Shown here: positions 27,391 to 37,093 of the stretch, one piece after another | Numbering within the stretch: the first letter of the stretch is position 1 | How the letters are laid out: each line of letters starts with the position of its first letter | From: a bacterium UBP16_UBA6123 | GTDB lineage: Bacteria; Muiribacteriota; UBA9980 | Length of the DNA stretch: 64,000 bases | Direction: 5' to 3' | Assembly (NCBI GenBank): GCA_002423385.1 | Contig: DIVV01000135.1 | Location: forward strand, 8,019 to 72,018 | The notes under the pieces: generated by a model | What the model was told of the DNA's origin: nothing | The model's database searches: none | Seen by the model: the letters and a program-made list of their open reading frames with translations, nothing else | Program-made: the position numbers and the translations under genes

Positions 27391-29799
27391 TTACTTTTTC
27401 ATCTTCTTTTTTATTTCAGCCAGAACACGGTTGGGCGTGTATGGCCCTGAAAACATGCGAACTCCCGCGGCGTCGAAAATCGCGTTGCCGATAGCAGGCA
27501 GCGCTCCGTTAATGCCTATTTCTGAAACGCTCTTCGCTCCGAAAGGTCCGCTTTCTTCATAAGTTGGAACGAGTATTGTTTTGACGGCCGGCATATCGAC
27601 GGCGTTAAATATCTTGTAATCATTAAACGATGTATTTAACAGCCTTCCTTTTTTATCGAATATGAATTCTTCGCTCAGAGCGAAACTGATGCCGTTTAAA
27701 ACCGCGCCTTCGCACTGGCCTTCGGCGAATTTCGGGTTTATGGCCGTTCCACAGTCGGTCACGTTAAGGTATTCGAGTGGTTTTACGAACCCGGTTCTGA
27801 TATCGACGGCTACATACACAAAATGCGCTGAAAAAGGCGGCGGCGATTTGTGCGTTATATGCGAAGCCGAAGCGTCGATCTGGAATTGGTTCTTTTCGTA
27901 AAGCGTATAATACGCGATATCTTTAAACGATACCTTCTCTTTTTTAGAAGCGCTATATACGATTCCATTTTTAAACCTCAGGTCGTCTTCCGTAGTTTTC
28001 ATCATTTCGCAGGCGACTTTTGAAATTTTAGCTTTTATTTTTTCCGCTGTCTTGATAACCGCGCCTCCTGAAAGATAAGTAGTCGAAGAAGCGTATGCGC
28101 CGACATCAAATGGCGTCATATCGGTATCCGAGGAATAAACTATTATATCGGCGGGCTGTACGGTGAGAATTTCGGCCGCCATCTGCGCGAATATGGTGTC
28201 GCTTCCGGTGCCGAGGTCTGTCGCGCCTAATGATAAGTTGAACGATCCATCATCGTTTATTTTCATGTAGGCTGCGCCCATGTCTATTTCGGGAATACTC
28301 GAGCCCTGCATGAGGCATACCATGCCCGCGCCGTAATGCCAGTCGCCTTCAACGCGCTTTTTGTTGAATTTATCGTACCAGCCGAATTCTTTAACGCCGA
28401 TATCGATGCATTTTTCGAGGCCGCAGGAACCGATTTTCATTTCGACGCCTTCTTTGCCTTCGCCCATCTTCTGAAATACCGGTGAGCCTTCGCCTTCTTT
28501 GATGTGATGTTTTTTGTAGAATTTGATTATGTCGATACCCATTTCACGGCACATTATATCGACTTGCTGGCCGATAGCGTGGTATGTTTGCGTCGCGCCA
28601 TAGCCGCGATAGGCGCCGCCGACGGGAAGATTGGTGTAAACGGAATCGCCGTAGAAGCGGATATCTTTTACTTTATTAAACAGCGGCAAAACTTTGCTGG
28701 CCGAGTTGCAAAGAACCGTAAGCGCGGCGGAGCCATAGGCGCCCGTGTTCATTATGATATTTACGTCTATTGCGGTAAGGTCTCCATTTTTGTTCATTCC
28801 GGTGCGAAGTTCGATATGTTGCGGATGACGCGTGCGCGCGCTCATAAATTCTTCGTGGCGGCTATATTCGAGCCTGACGGGTTTTTTAGTTTTCATCGTC
28901 AGCGCGGCGCAGATATCTTCGATAAGCATTTCCTGCTTGCCGCCGAAGCCGCCGCCGATGCGCGGCTTGATAACGCGGATGCGCTTTACCGGTATATCGA
29001 GAGCCTGTCCCACTATGCGTCTTGTATGAAACGGCACCTGGGTGCTGGTTATGATATTAAGCCTGTCGTTGGGGTCTAAATGCGTTATGCACACATGCGG
29101 TTCCATCGGGCAATGCTGGGCGTAGTGGGATTCGTAAGTATGTTCGAAAACGCGCTCGGAATTTTTAAGCGCCGCTTCGACGTCGCCTTCGCTCATTTCG
29201 GCGTGCGCGGCGAGATTGGTGTTTTTATCGTAGGCAAGCGGTATTATCATTCGGGCTTCGTCTTCGTCGTGAATGACCGGCGCGCCCTTTGCGCGGGCTT
29301 TAAGCGGGTCTAAAACCGCTTCTAATATTTTATATTCAACTTTAATCAATTCTAACGCTTCTTCGGCTAATTCCAGCGTTTCAGCCGCCACGGCGGCTAC
29401 GCGGTCGCCCACGAAGCGCACTTTTTTATCCAGAGTGAAGCTGTCGTAAGGCGACGGTTCGGGATATCCCTGCCCGGCCGTGGTGTGAATTATGCGCGGC
29501 AGGTCTTTATGCGTGAGAACGGCTTTCACGCCAGGTAATTTTTCAGCTTTAGACGTATCGATGCTTATTATTTCCGCGTGAGCGTGAGGACTCGTTAAAA
29601 TTTTAGCGTAAAGCATTCCGTGAAATTCAAAATCGTCGGTGAACATGGGTTTGCCGGTGACAAGCCCGGGGCCTTCGACTTTTTTAATACTGCTGTTGAC
29701 TATTTTGAAATTATCTTTATGCTCTAAAGGCGCGCCGCTTTCAAATTTATCGGCCGGCGCATTTTTAATTGTTTTTTTATCTTTCATATTATTTATCAC
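27391..29799 (-). CDS. Molybdopterin-binding large subunit of xanthine dehydrogenase / aldehyde oxidase family
   Basis: 802 aa; N-terminal Ald_Xan_dh_C-like region (GKPMFTDDFEFHGMLYAKILTSPHAHAEIISID) and long C-terminal MoCo domain. Confidence 0.8.
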   Translation of the reverse strand: MINNMKDKKTIKNAPADKFESGAPLEHKDNFKIVNSSIKKVEGPGLVTGKPMFTDDFEFHGMLYAKILTSPHAHAEIISIDTSKAEKLPGVKAVLTHKDLPRIIHTTAGQGYPEPSPYDSFTLDKKVRFVGDRVAAVAAETLELAEEALELIKVEYKILEAVLDPLKARAKGAPVIHDEDEARMIIPLAYDKNTNLAAHAEMSEGDVEAALKNSERVFEHTYESHYAQHCPMEPHVCITHLDPNDRLNIITSTQVPFHTRRIVGQALDIPVKRIRVIKPRIGGGFGGKQEMLIEDICAALTMKTKKPVRLEYSRHEEFMSARTRHPQHIELRTGMNKNGDLTAIDVNIIMNTGAYGSAALTVLCNSASKVLPLFNKVKDIRFYGDSVYTNLPVGGAYRGYGATQTYHAIGQQVDIMCREMGIDIIKFYKKHHIKEGEGSPVFQKMGEGKEGVEMKIGSCGLEKCIDIGVKEFGWYDKFNKKRVEGDWHYGAGMVCLMQGSSIPEIDMGAAYMKINDDGSFNLSLGATDLGTGSDTIFAQMAAEILTVQPADIIVYSSDTDMTPFDVGAYASSTTYLSGGAVIKTAEKIKAKISKVACEMMKTTEDDLRFKNGIVYSASKKEKVSFKDIAYYTLYEKNQFQIDASASHITHKSPPPFSAHFVYVAVDIRTGFVKPLEYLNVTDCGTAINPKFAEGQCEGAVLNGISFALSEEFIFDKKGRLLNTSFNDYKIFNAVDMPAVKTILVPTYEESGPFGAKSVSEIGINGALPAIGNAIFDAAGVRMFSGPYTPNRVLAEIKKKMKK

Positions 29800-30265
29800 C
29801 TCTCATCTTTTTCGCGGCGCGCTCGACTGCTTCGAGTTTTTTTACATATCCTGTGCAGCGGCAGAGATTGCCGTCGGTCGCTCTTTTTATTTCATCCATA
29901 TTTGGATCGGGATTCGATTTTAAAAGGGCGTAAGATGAAATTAAAAAACCGGGTGTGCAGTAGCCGCATTGAACGCCGCCTGTTTCGAGTATGGATTCCT
30001 GGAGCGGATGAAGATTATCGCTTTCGCCTAAACCTTCGATGGTGGTTATTTCAAAGCCGTCGGCCGATGCGGCGGGTATCATGCATGAATTCATCGGCCT
30101 GCCGTTTACAAGCACCGTGCAGGCGCCGCAGCTTCCTTCGTAGCAGCCCTTTTTAATGCCTTTATAGCCGGCCGCCCTCAAGGCGTCCACGAGGCGCTCG
30201 TTTATTTTTACTCTTAATATTTTATCTTCGTTATTTATTTTTAATTTGATCTCTATTGTTTTCAT
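29789..30265 (-). CDS. [2Fe-2S]-binding small subunit of xanthine dehydrogenase/CO dehydrogenase family
   Basis: CYEGSCGACTV plant-type ferredoxin motif plus second cluster CGYCTPG...CRCTGY; 158 aa. Confidence 0.8.
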   Translation of the reverse strand: MKTIEIKLKINNEDKILRVKINERLVDALRAAGYKGIKKGCYEGSCGACTVLVNGRPMNSCMIPAASADGFEITTIEGLGESDNLHPLQESILETGGVQCGYCTPGFLISSYALLKSNPDPNMDEIKRATDGNLCRCTGYVKKLEAVERAAKKMRGDK

Positions 30266-30269
30266 AATC

Positions 30270-31133
30270 TTAATTGCCTCCTTTGTTTTCTTTAACGACG
30301 CGTTCTATGAGGCGCTCGAATAACGCGGGCAGTATTTCTTTTTTATATTCGATCGACACCCTTTTATCGTTTGTGAATATCGTTTCTGAAGCGGCATGAC
30401 GGGCGGCTTTTGCGGCGGCGCCTTTATCGTCTGCCGGCGCGCCTTTTAAAAGCGCCGCCGATTCGCTTAATAGCTGTGGCAGGCTTCCAGCGGCGCTTAC
30501 CGCGAAACGGATATCTTCGAATGCGCCGTCTTTTATTTTAGCGATCACTCCGGCGTCTAATATGGCGTAATCAAAATTAGTCTGTGAAAATTTAGTGAAT
30601 TTACCCGTATAACTGGTAAGATCAGGAAATAAAACTTCGGTGACTATTTCGTTTTTAGAAATTGCCAGACTCGGATGTTTTTTGACGGCGTTAATATATG
30701 ATAATTTTCTGATATTGTTTTTAGAGGCAACGCTGAGTTCGGCGCCGCATAAAAGAAGGGCGGCCGGAAGGTCCGACCACGGAAAGGTCTGGATTATATT
30801 ACCGCCTAAAGTTATCATATTTCTAAGAGGGGTGCTTGCGATATAATAGGCGGCCTCATAAATAAGCCCGCCGCAATAGTTTTTTATTTCATTCGATTCG
30901 AGAAGGCTGGCTATTGTTACGGTTGCGCCCGCCCTGACGCCGTTTTCATCTTTTATTATTTTATCCGTCCCGGTATTTTTGATGTCGATGAGAGTTTTCA
31001 CTTCGTTGTTTTTTGCCGCCATAACGGCCGTGCCGCCGGCGATCAACTTCGCGCCTTCGGTGTTTTCATCCGCGAGGCGCAGGGCTTCCTGCAGTGATGA
31101 AGGTTTATAATAGTTTTCTAATTTTCTGAGCAT
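30270..31133 (-). CDS. FAD-binding subunit of xanthine dehydrogenase/CO dehydrogenase family (CoxM/XdhB-like)
   Basis: 287 aa; AGGTAV FAD-binding motif (FAD_binding_5-like); first gene of a three-gene operon with 4-nt spacing. Confidence 0.75.
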   Translation of the reverse strand: MLRKLENYYKPSSLQEALRLADENTEGAKLIAGGTAVMAAKNNEVKTLIDIKNTGTDKIIKDENGVRAGATVTIASLLESNEIKNYCGGLIYEAAYYIASTPLRNMITLGGNIIQTFPWSDLPAALLLCGAELSVASKNNIRKLSYINAVKKHPSLAISKNEIVTEVLFPDLTSYTGKFTKFSQTNFDYAILDAGVIAKIKDGAFEDIRFAVSAAGSLPQLLSESAALLKGAPADDKGAAAKAARHAASETIFTNDKRVSIEYKKEILPALFERLIERVVKENKGGN

Positions 31134-31650
31134 TTATACCTCCCGTTAAATTTAATATAAAACCATATAGAATTTTAATTTAATTTTAAGGCAATAAGCT
31201 TTAAGGCAATATGCGCTAAAATTAAAAACAATTCAAGTTCAGGTTATTGACGTTCATTTATAAAAGCAAAAAGTATGCCTGATTTTTTTTGTAAAATATA
31301 TTATACGCGTCTAAAAATATTATATAATTCAACAGGCCGTGTTTTGAAAAATAAAACAGGTAAGTTGAAGGCAACCGTAAAAAACGACGGTAAAATGCCG
31401 TAGATTTAATTATGAGTAATATTTGAAAAAGGCGTATATGCAGGCATATATCTCGAAACTTCGCCGAAGTTTTTAGTAACCCGGCTTCATAACCAGTTGC
31501 CGTGGGTTTTTAGCATATAACACCGCCTTTGGATAGATTGGACGTGCCGCCGTAATTAAAAAATAAAAGCACTGACCGATAGATGAATTAATAAAGCATC
31601 GCTATTATTTCATGGAGTAATACGGCGCGGCATAAAATGTAAAAAATAAA

Positions 31651-31706
31651 TATTGCGTTATCGAAAAAATTGCATTTGCGCAATAATTGCAGTATTGCAA
31701 TGCCAG
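31651..31706. promoter_or_regulatory. Cluster of TTGC(A)/TGCAA half-sites including 8-bp palindrome ATTGCAAT; candidate activator/regulator binding region
   Basis: tattgcgtta...aattgcatttgcgcaataattgcagtattgcaatgcc; located ~100 nt upstream of the sigma-54 activator gene and ~520 nt upstream of the divergent molybdoenzyme operon. Confidence 0.25.
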
Positions 31707-31803
31707 TTTTATTATGATATAATAGTTGGAGTAAAATTTCAAGATATTTTTAATTTATTTTAAAGTTTTAAAAAAATTATTTCGCAAAGTCAGCATGTAA
31801 TTA

Positions 31804-33159
31804 ATGGAAGTGAGTCCTATGGATATTAACCAGGTCCTCGATTTTATTGAAGACGGTATATTCAGCGTCGATAATAATTTTAAAATAACCTCATTCAATC
31901 GCGCCGCTGAAATCATTACGGGCGTGAAGCAAAAAGACGCGCTCGGCAGAAACTGTCTTGACATTTTCAACACTTCCATCTGTAAGACCGCCTGTCCTTT
32001 AAAAGAAGCCATGAAAAAAGAAAAGCAGGTAGGCGGGGTTAGAATTGAAATAAAAACGGCGCTGAAAAAGAAATTGCCGATTTGCGTCACGGCGGGCCCG
32101 TTATTTGATGAAAAAGGAAAAATTGCCGGCGGCATTGAAATATTTAAAGATATTTCCGGTATCGAGAATTTGAAAAAAGAGCTTGACGGAAAATACTCAC
32201 ACTACGATATAGTCGGTAAAAGCGAGTATATGAAAACGCTTTTTAATATTCTGCCCGATATTTCCGAAAGCGATTGCAATGTACTCATCGAAGGCCCCTC
32301 CGGCTCGGGAAAGAGTCTGGTCGCAAAAACTCTCCACAATCTTTCCGAACGTTCTAAAAAGCCTTTCGTCACAGTCAACTGCGGCGCCCTGCCCGATACG
32401 CTTCTTGAATCCGAATTATTCGGATATGAAAAGGGCGCTTTCACCGATGCTAAAAAGGATAAACCGGGCCGTTTCGCCTTAGCGGAAGGCGGCACTATAT
32501 TTTTAGACGAGATAGCTGAAATGCCGTTTCATCTTCAGGTAAAGCTGCTGCGCGTTATCGAAGAAAAGCGGTACGAGCCGCTCGGCGCCGTAGTAACCCG
32601 AAAGGCCGACGTGCGTATAATAGCGGCCACCAATAAGGATTTGAACGTGATGGTCAGGCGTGAAAAATTTCGCGAAGATCTTTATTACAGGCTTAAAATC
32701 GTTAATATTAAAATACCGTCGCTCGCGGAGCGCCGCGAAGATATCGAAGTTCTGGCGCGCCATTTCATTAATAATTTAAACGGCGTTAAAAATAATAAAA
32801 TAATAGATATTTCCGAAAAAGTTCTTAAATTTTTCGCGGTTTATGATTTTCCGGGCAACGTGCGCGAACTCGAAAATATACTCGAATACGCTTTTATATT
32901 CTGCCGCGATGGAAAACTTCTGCCGGAGCATCTTCCGGCTGAATGCCGCAGTTTTATCACGCAGATGCAGTTGGCGCCGCGCTCTGAAAAAGCCATTCTG
33001 TCATGCGTAACCCTCGATAAAGCCGTCGGCAACGCCGAAAAATTGTCGCTGGTAAGCGCGCTTGAAAGATTTAAAGGCGATAAAAAAAGCGCCGCGCGTT
33101 TTTTAAAAATAGATTATTCAACGCTGTGGCGCAAAATGAAAAAATATTCAATCGATTAA
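31804..33159 (+). CDS. Sigma-54-dependent transcriptional activator (PAS sensor + AAA+ sigma-54 interaction domain + Fis-type HTH)
   Basis: Walker A GPSGSGKS, ESELFGYEKGAFTDA (GAFTGA-loop variant), arginine finger region, C-terminal HTH; N-terminal PAS-like domain. Confidence 0.8.
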   Translation: MEVSPMDINQVLDFIEDGIFSVDNNFKITSFNRAAEIITGVKQKDALGRNCLDIFNTSICKTACPLKEAMKKEKQVGGVRIEIKTALKKKLPICVTAGPLFDEKGKIAGGIEIFKDISGIENLKKELDGKYSHYDIVGKSEYMKTLFNILPDISESDCNVLIEGPSGSGKSLVAKTLHNLSERSKKPFVTVNCGALPDTLLESELFGYEKGAFTDAKKDKPGRFALAEGGTIFLDEIAEMPFHLQVKLLRVIEEKRYEPLGAVVTRKADVRIIAATNKDLNVMVRREKFREDLYYRLKIVNIKIPSLAERREDIEVLARHFINNLNGVKNNKIIDISEKVLKFFAVYDFPGNVRELENILEYAFIFCRDGKLLPEHLPAECRSFITQMQLAPRSEKAILSCVTLDKAVGNAEKLSLVSALERFKGDKKSAARFLKIDYSTLWRKMKKYSID

Positions 33160-33246
33160 AAACCATATATTAAAAAATGTAATTAACATAATTTAGATAT
33201 AATTAAATTTATAATTAAAAAATATCGCGATATAATCGGAGGTAAA

Positions 33247-33792
33247 ATGCAGAGGGAAGAAGTTTTAAATCTTGTGAAAAAATATGTTAAAAATAATAAT
33301 TTAATTAAGCATATGCTCGCAGCGGAAACCGTGATGGAGCATTTTGCCCCGCGCTTTAACGGCGATACGCAAGAATGGGCTACGGCGGGGCTTGTGCATG
33401 ATATCGACGTGGAGATGACTAAAGACTGTCCGGGGCTGCACGGTAAAAAAAGCGCGGAAATACTTAAAAATAACGGTTTTTCAGATAAAATAATAGAGGC
33501 CGTATCCAATCATCCGAAAGACGAACCGGCCGGCGATGAAATGTCGAAAATGCTTTATTCGGCCGATCAGGTAACGGGTCTTATAGTGGCCGGCGCGCTG
33601 ATTCATCCCGATAAAAAACTCGCTTCGATCGATAAGGAATTCATACTCAAGCGTTTTAATGAAAAACGCTTCGCGGCCGGCGCCAACCGTGAAAGAATAA
33701 GGGCCGTCGAAAAGATGGGAATACCGCTCGATGAATTTATCGGCGAGGCGCTCAAAGCCATGCAGGCTGTCAGTAAAGAATTAGGGCTTTGA
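33247..33792 (+). CDS. HD-domain phosphohydrolase, small
   Basis: H...HD motif (HMLAAETV...AGLVHDID) and later His; 181 aa. Confidence 0.5.
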   Translation: MQREEVLNLVKKYVKNNNLIKHMLAAETVMEHFAPRFNGDTQEWATAGLVHDIDVEMTKDCPGLHGKKSAEILKNNGFSDKIIEAVSNHPKDEPAGDEMSKMLYSADQVTGLIVAGALIHPDKKLASIDKEFILKRFNEKRFAAGANRERIRAVEKMGIPLDEFIGEALKAMQAVSKELGL

Positions 33793-33832
33793 GGCGGTAC
33801 GCTTAATTTTGTATATAAGGAAATGATGATAT

Positions 33833-34882
33833 ATGAATATACTTTTGCTTTATTTTTCGGCGACTGGCAATACCGCTTATTACGCTGAGCTTTTAGCCCG
33901 TTCGATTAACGCGCGCGGCCACCGCTGCGATCTTATGGATATCGAAAAGCATTTTAACACGGGTGAAATATGGCGCGCCGAACCGCTTATCCCCCGTTAT
34001 ATAAACGAAGCGGAAAACCGCCTGCCGCTCGAGGTTAAACTCGCATCAGCCGCCTCAGTCCAAGTTTCTGCTGACGCCTCCGTCGATAATGTCTCCGTTT
34101 CCGCCGTCGATATATCCGCCGCACTCTCCCCCGGCGCGGGAACCCTCATTGAAAAAGCCTCATTGAAAAAGACTTTTGATGATTTAGATAAGTATATGTC
34201 GAATTTCGATATAATCGGTTTCGGTTGTCCTGTTTATTTTTTTGAGCCGCCAGCGGTTTTTTCGAGTTTTATTAAAATGCTTAAACCGCTCGACGGCAGA
34301 AAAGTTTTTACTTTCGCCACTCACATGGAAGGCCCGGTCTGGTTTGCGCAAAATATAAGGCGTTCTCTCGAGGAAAAAGGCTTTAGCGTTATAGGGCATA
34401 TCGACGATCACATAATTCATACCGAGCTCCTTCCACTCGCGCCGAAGTGGCTTGCAGGCGAAGGCGTTCGCCGTTTTTATTTAAGCCGGCGTCTGCCCAA
34501 GATAAAAAGGAAAATAAGATTTTTTTTAGATTCGCTTAATATGGTTAAAGGAGCCGTCGCAAAAGATATTACGCCTGCCGCGTTTTCTACGGCGCCCGGA
34601 ATGGATCGATTCGTGGGCGGCCTCGTTGAAAAATTTCTTTATGCTTCAATGAAATATTATCTTGGTAGCCGGATACTCGAAGAAAAATGCGTTAAGTGCG
34701 GCCTGTGCGCTAAAACCTGCCCGATGAATTTAATTAAGATGGATGCGCCGGGCGGATATCCGCTTAGAACCAGCCACTGCATGTATTGTTTGCGCTGCAT
34801 TAATATATGTCCGACTGAAGCCGTTTCTTACGCGCCGCTATACGATAATAAATCGAGGTTCAAAGGTTTCGATAAACTATAG
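33833..34882 (+). CDS. Flavodoxin-like domain fused to 2x[4Fe-4S] ferredoxin domain, with Ala/Ser/Val-rich internal insertion
   Basis: N-terminal LLLYFSATGNT flavodoxin signature; C-terminal CVKCGLCAKTCP and CMYCLRCINICP; low-complexity insert ~34028-34136. Confidence 0.6.
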   Translation: MNILLLYFSATGNTAYYAELLARSINARGHRCDLMDIEKHFNTGEIWRAEPLIPRYINEAENRLPLEVKLASAASVQVSADASVDNVSVSAVDISAALSPGAGTLIEKASLKKTFDDLDKYMSNFDIIGFGCPVYFFEPPAVFSSFIKMLKPLDGRKVFTFATHMEGPVWFAQNIRRSLEEKGFSVIGHIDDHIIHTELLPLAPKWLAGEGVRRFYLSRRLPKIKRKIRFFLDSLNMVKGAVAKDITPAAFSTAPGMDRFVGGLVEKFLYASMKYYLGSRILEEKCVKCGLCAKTCPMNLIKMDAPGGYPLRTSHCMYCLRCINICPTEAVSYAPLYDNKSRFKGFDKL

Positions 34883-34916
34883 TGTGAAAGATAAAATTAT
34901 ATAGCGAGGAGTTTTT

Positions 34917-35804
34917 ATGAAAAATTTAAATTATATAGCGCCTGTTATAGGGTTGAAATGTTTTACCGCAGAGTATTTCACAGCATCTATTATAATTCCG
35001 GTTTCATTGATTTTTTTAATGGCGCTCTCGATTTTTGCCTTTGGCATGTTTTTTCCCGCTGCCGCTTCAGCGGCCGAAGTAATAGGACACCGTGGCGCCG
35101 CTTTTTACGCGCCGGAAAACACTATTTCTTCCATTAAGGCGGCTCTGGCTATGGGCGTTGATGGAGTCGAAATCGATGTGCATCTTACTAAAGATAAAAA
35201 AATAGCCGTCTTTCACGATAAAGACACTAAGCGCATCAGCGGCGGAAAGTACGATTTTAATATTTCCGAAAAAACTTACGATGAATTAAAACATATAGAC
35301 GTCGGCACTCATAAAGCCCCTGAATTTAAAGATGAAAGGATTCCCCTGCTGGAAGAAGTTTTAGCGCTTATGCCCGAAGATAAAAAATTATTTATAGAAA
35401 TTAAATGCGGCGCCGAAATATTCGAATTTTTGCCCGCGCAGCTTGAAAATATAAAACGCCCTGAGAGTATCGTGATTATCAGCTTCAGCCTCGATGTCGC
35501 GGCGCTTTCTAAAGTTTTAATGCCGCGTTTTGAATCATATTGGATTTTAGGTTCGAAATTTTTTGAAGGCGCTAAAATAGAGGATGCTCTTAAAATAGCC
35601 GCAGCTAATAATCTCGACGGCATAGACATAGACCATAAATTAGCCTCGGCCGATTATATCAAAAAAACTAAATCGGCCGGGCTTAAATTTTATGTATGGA
35701 CGCTCGACGAGCCTCGTCGCGCCGCCGTTTTAAAGCTATACGGTCTCGACGGCATTACTTCGAATAAACCCGACGTTATTATCGAAGCGATAAAAAAACT
35801 ATAG
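34917..35804 (+). CDS. Glycerophosphodiester phosphodiesterase (GDPD family), membrane-anchored/secreted
   Basis: HRGAAFYAPENT catalytic motif, EIDVHLTKD; N-terminal hydrophobic anchor. Confidence 0.75.
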   Translation: MKNLNYIAPVIGLKCFTAEYFTASIIIPVSLIFLMALSIFAFGMFFPAAASAAEVIGHRGAAFYAPENTISSIKAALAMGVDGVEIDVHLTKDKKIAVFHDKDTKRISGGKYDFNISEKTYDELKHIDVGTHKAPEFKDERIPLLEEVLALMPEDKKLFIEIKCGAEIFEFLPAQLENIKRPESIVIISFSLDVAALSKVLMPRFESYWILGSKFFEGAKIEDALKIAAANNLDGIDIDHKLASADYIKKTKSAGLKFYVWTLDEPRRAAVLKLYGLDGITSNKPDVIIEAIKKL

Positions 35805-35850
35805 CGGATAACCTTCGCCGGTAATGTAATTTAATTTAATGTAATTTATT

Positions 35851-37092
35851 TTATTCGCAAAATCCAGCGCAAAGCGCGCCGAAAATCTTGACGGCGTTTA
35901 TTATATCTTTGTCGCCGACGTTGAATTTGGGATGGTGCAGCGGGTAATTCTGCGCGGCGCTTTTATTGCCGCAGCCGAAAAAAACGAATGCTGACGGCGC
36001 TTTTAACGCGTAATATGAAAAATCTTCACTTCCCATGGAGCGGTCCGCTTCGCTTAAAACATTACCGGCGCCCAGTATTTTTTGGCAGGCCGGCAAAAAT
36101 ATTTCAACTGCGCTTTTAGCGTTTATCGTAACCGGATACCCGTCTATGAATTTAAGAGCGTATTGCGTGCCGAATTCGGCGCATTTACACTTGATTATAT
36201 TTTCGAGTTTTTCTTTTAGAAGCGTTCTTACGGCCGGCTCTAAACTTCTTATAGTACCCGACATATTCGCGCGCGCCGGAAGTATGTTACGCGCGCTTCC
36301 CGAATGGAGCGTACAGAAACTTATAACAGCCGGCGTAAAAGGGCTTATGCCGCGCGATACGATCTTTTGCGCCCCCGATATAATTTCGGCGGACAAAAGG
36401 AGAAGATCGTCCGCTTCGTCAGGTTTGGCGCCATGCCCGCCCCGGCCGGACAGCTCGAGTTCGAATTCGTCCACCGCGGCCATTACCGCTCCTTCCATAA
36501 GGCCGGCCGCGCCGGAGGGAAGGTTCGGCATAACATGCAGTCCGAAGGCCATTTTAACGCCGTTCATAACGCCGTGACTTATAAGCGCTACGGCGCCGCC
36601 GGGCGATTTTTCTTCAGATGCCTGGAAGATAAAACGCAGCGCCGAAACTTTCGAGTTTTTTTTCATTATTTCGTAATTATTAATTACCGCCATAAACGCG
36701 CCGTAAAGCGCAGTCATATGAGCGTCGTGCCCGCATGCATGCATTTTTCCGGGTGTTTTAGAGTGGAAGGAAAGACCGGTTTCTTCGACGACCGGCAGCG
36801 CGTCCATGTCGGCGCGAAGCGCCACGGCGCCTGACGCGTAAATATCGTTTTTAAAAATTACATCTACCCAGAAGCCGAAAGTATCGTCAAAATCGAAAAT
36901 TTTCATATATTCATTATTTTGAATATTCATTATTTCGGATATTATATATTTTTTTGTTTCGGCTTCTTCGCATGAAAGTTCTGGATTAGCGTGCAGGTGC
37001 TCGCGAAATTTTAATAATTCAGAAGCGCTGGAGTCGATATATTTTATTATTGAATCTAAAATATTTGATTTATCAGTCTCAGGTTTGTTCAT
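35851..37092 (-). CDS. M20D-family amidohydrolase (N-acyl-amino-acid / hippurate hydrolase-like)
   Basis: MHACGHDAHM metal-binding motif and overall M20/M40 architecture; 413 aa. Confidence 0.75.
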   Translation of the reverse strand: MNKPETDKSNILDSIIKYIDSSASELLKFREHLHANPELSCEEAETKKYIISEIMNIQNNEYMKIFDFDDTFGFWVDVIFKNDIYASGAVALRADMDALPVVEETGLSFHSKTPGKMHACGHDAHMTALYGAFMAVINNYEIMKKNSKVSALRFIFQASEEKSPGGAVALISHGVMNGVKMAFGLHVMPNLPSGAAGLMEGAVMAAVDEFELELSGRGGHGAKPDEADDLLLLSAEIISGAQKIVSRGISPFTPAVISFCTLHSGSARNILPARANMSGTIRSLEPAVRTLLKEKLENIIKCKCAEFGTQYALKFIDGYPVTINAKSAVEIFLPACQKILGAGNVLSEADRSMGSEDFSYYALKAPSAFVFFGCGNKSAAQNYPLHHPKFNVGDKDIINAVKIFGALCAGFCE

Positions 37093-37093
37093 A

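Noticed and set aside
31134-31803. Sigma-54 -24/-12 promoter for the molybdoenzyme operon
   Set aside because: Looked for TGGCAC-N5-TTGC (and its reverse complement GCAA-N6-TGCCA) by eye. Only partial or mis-spaced matches (e.g. around 31690-31706), so no promoter is reported. Needs a PWM scan.
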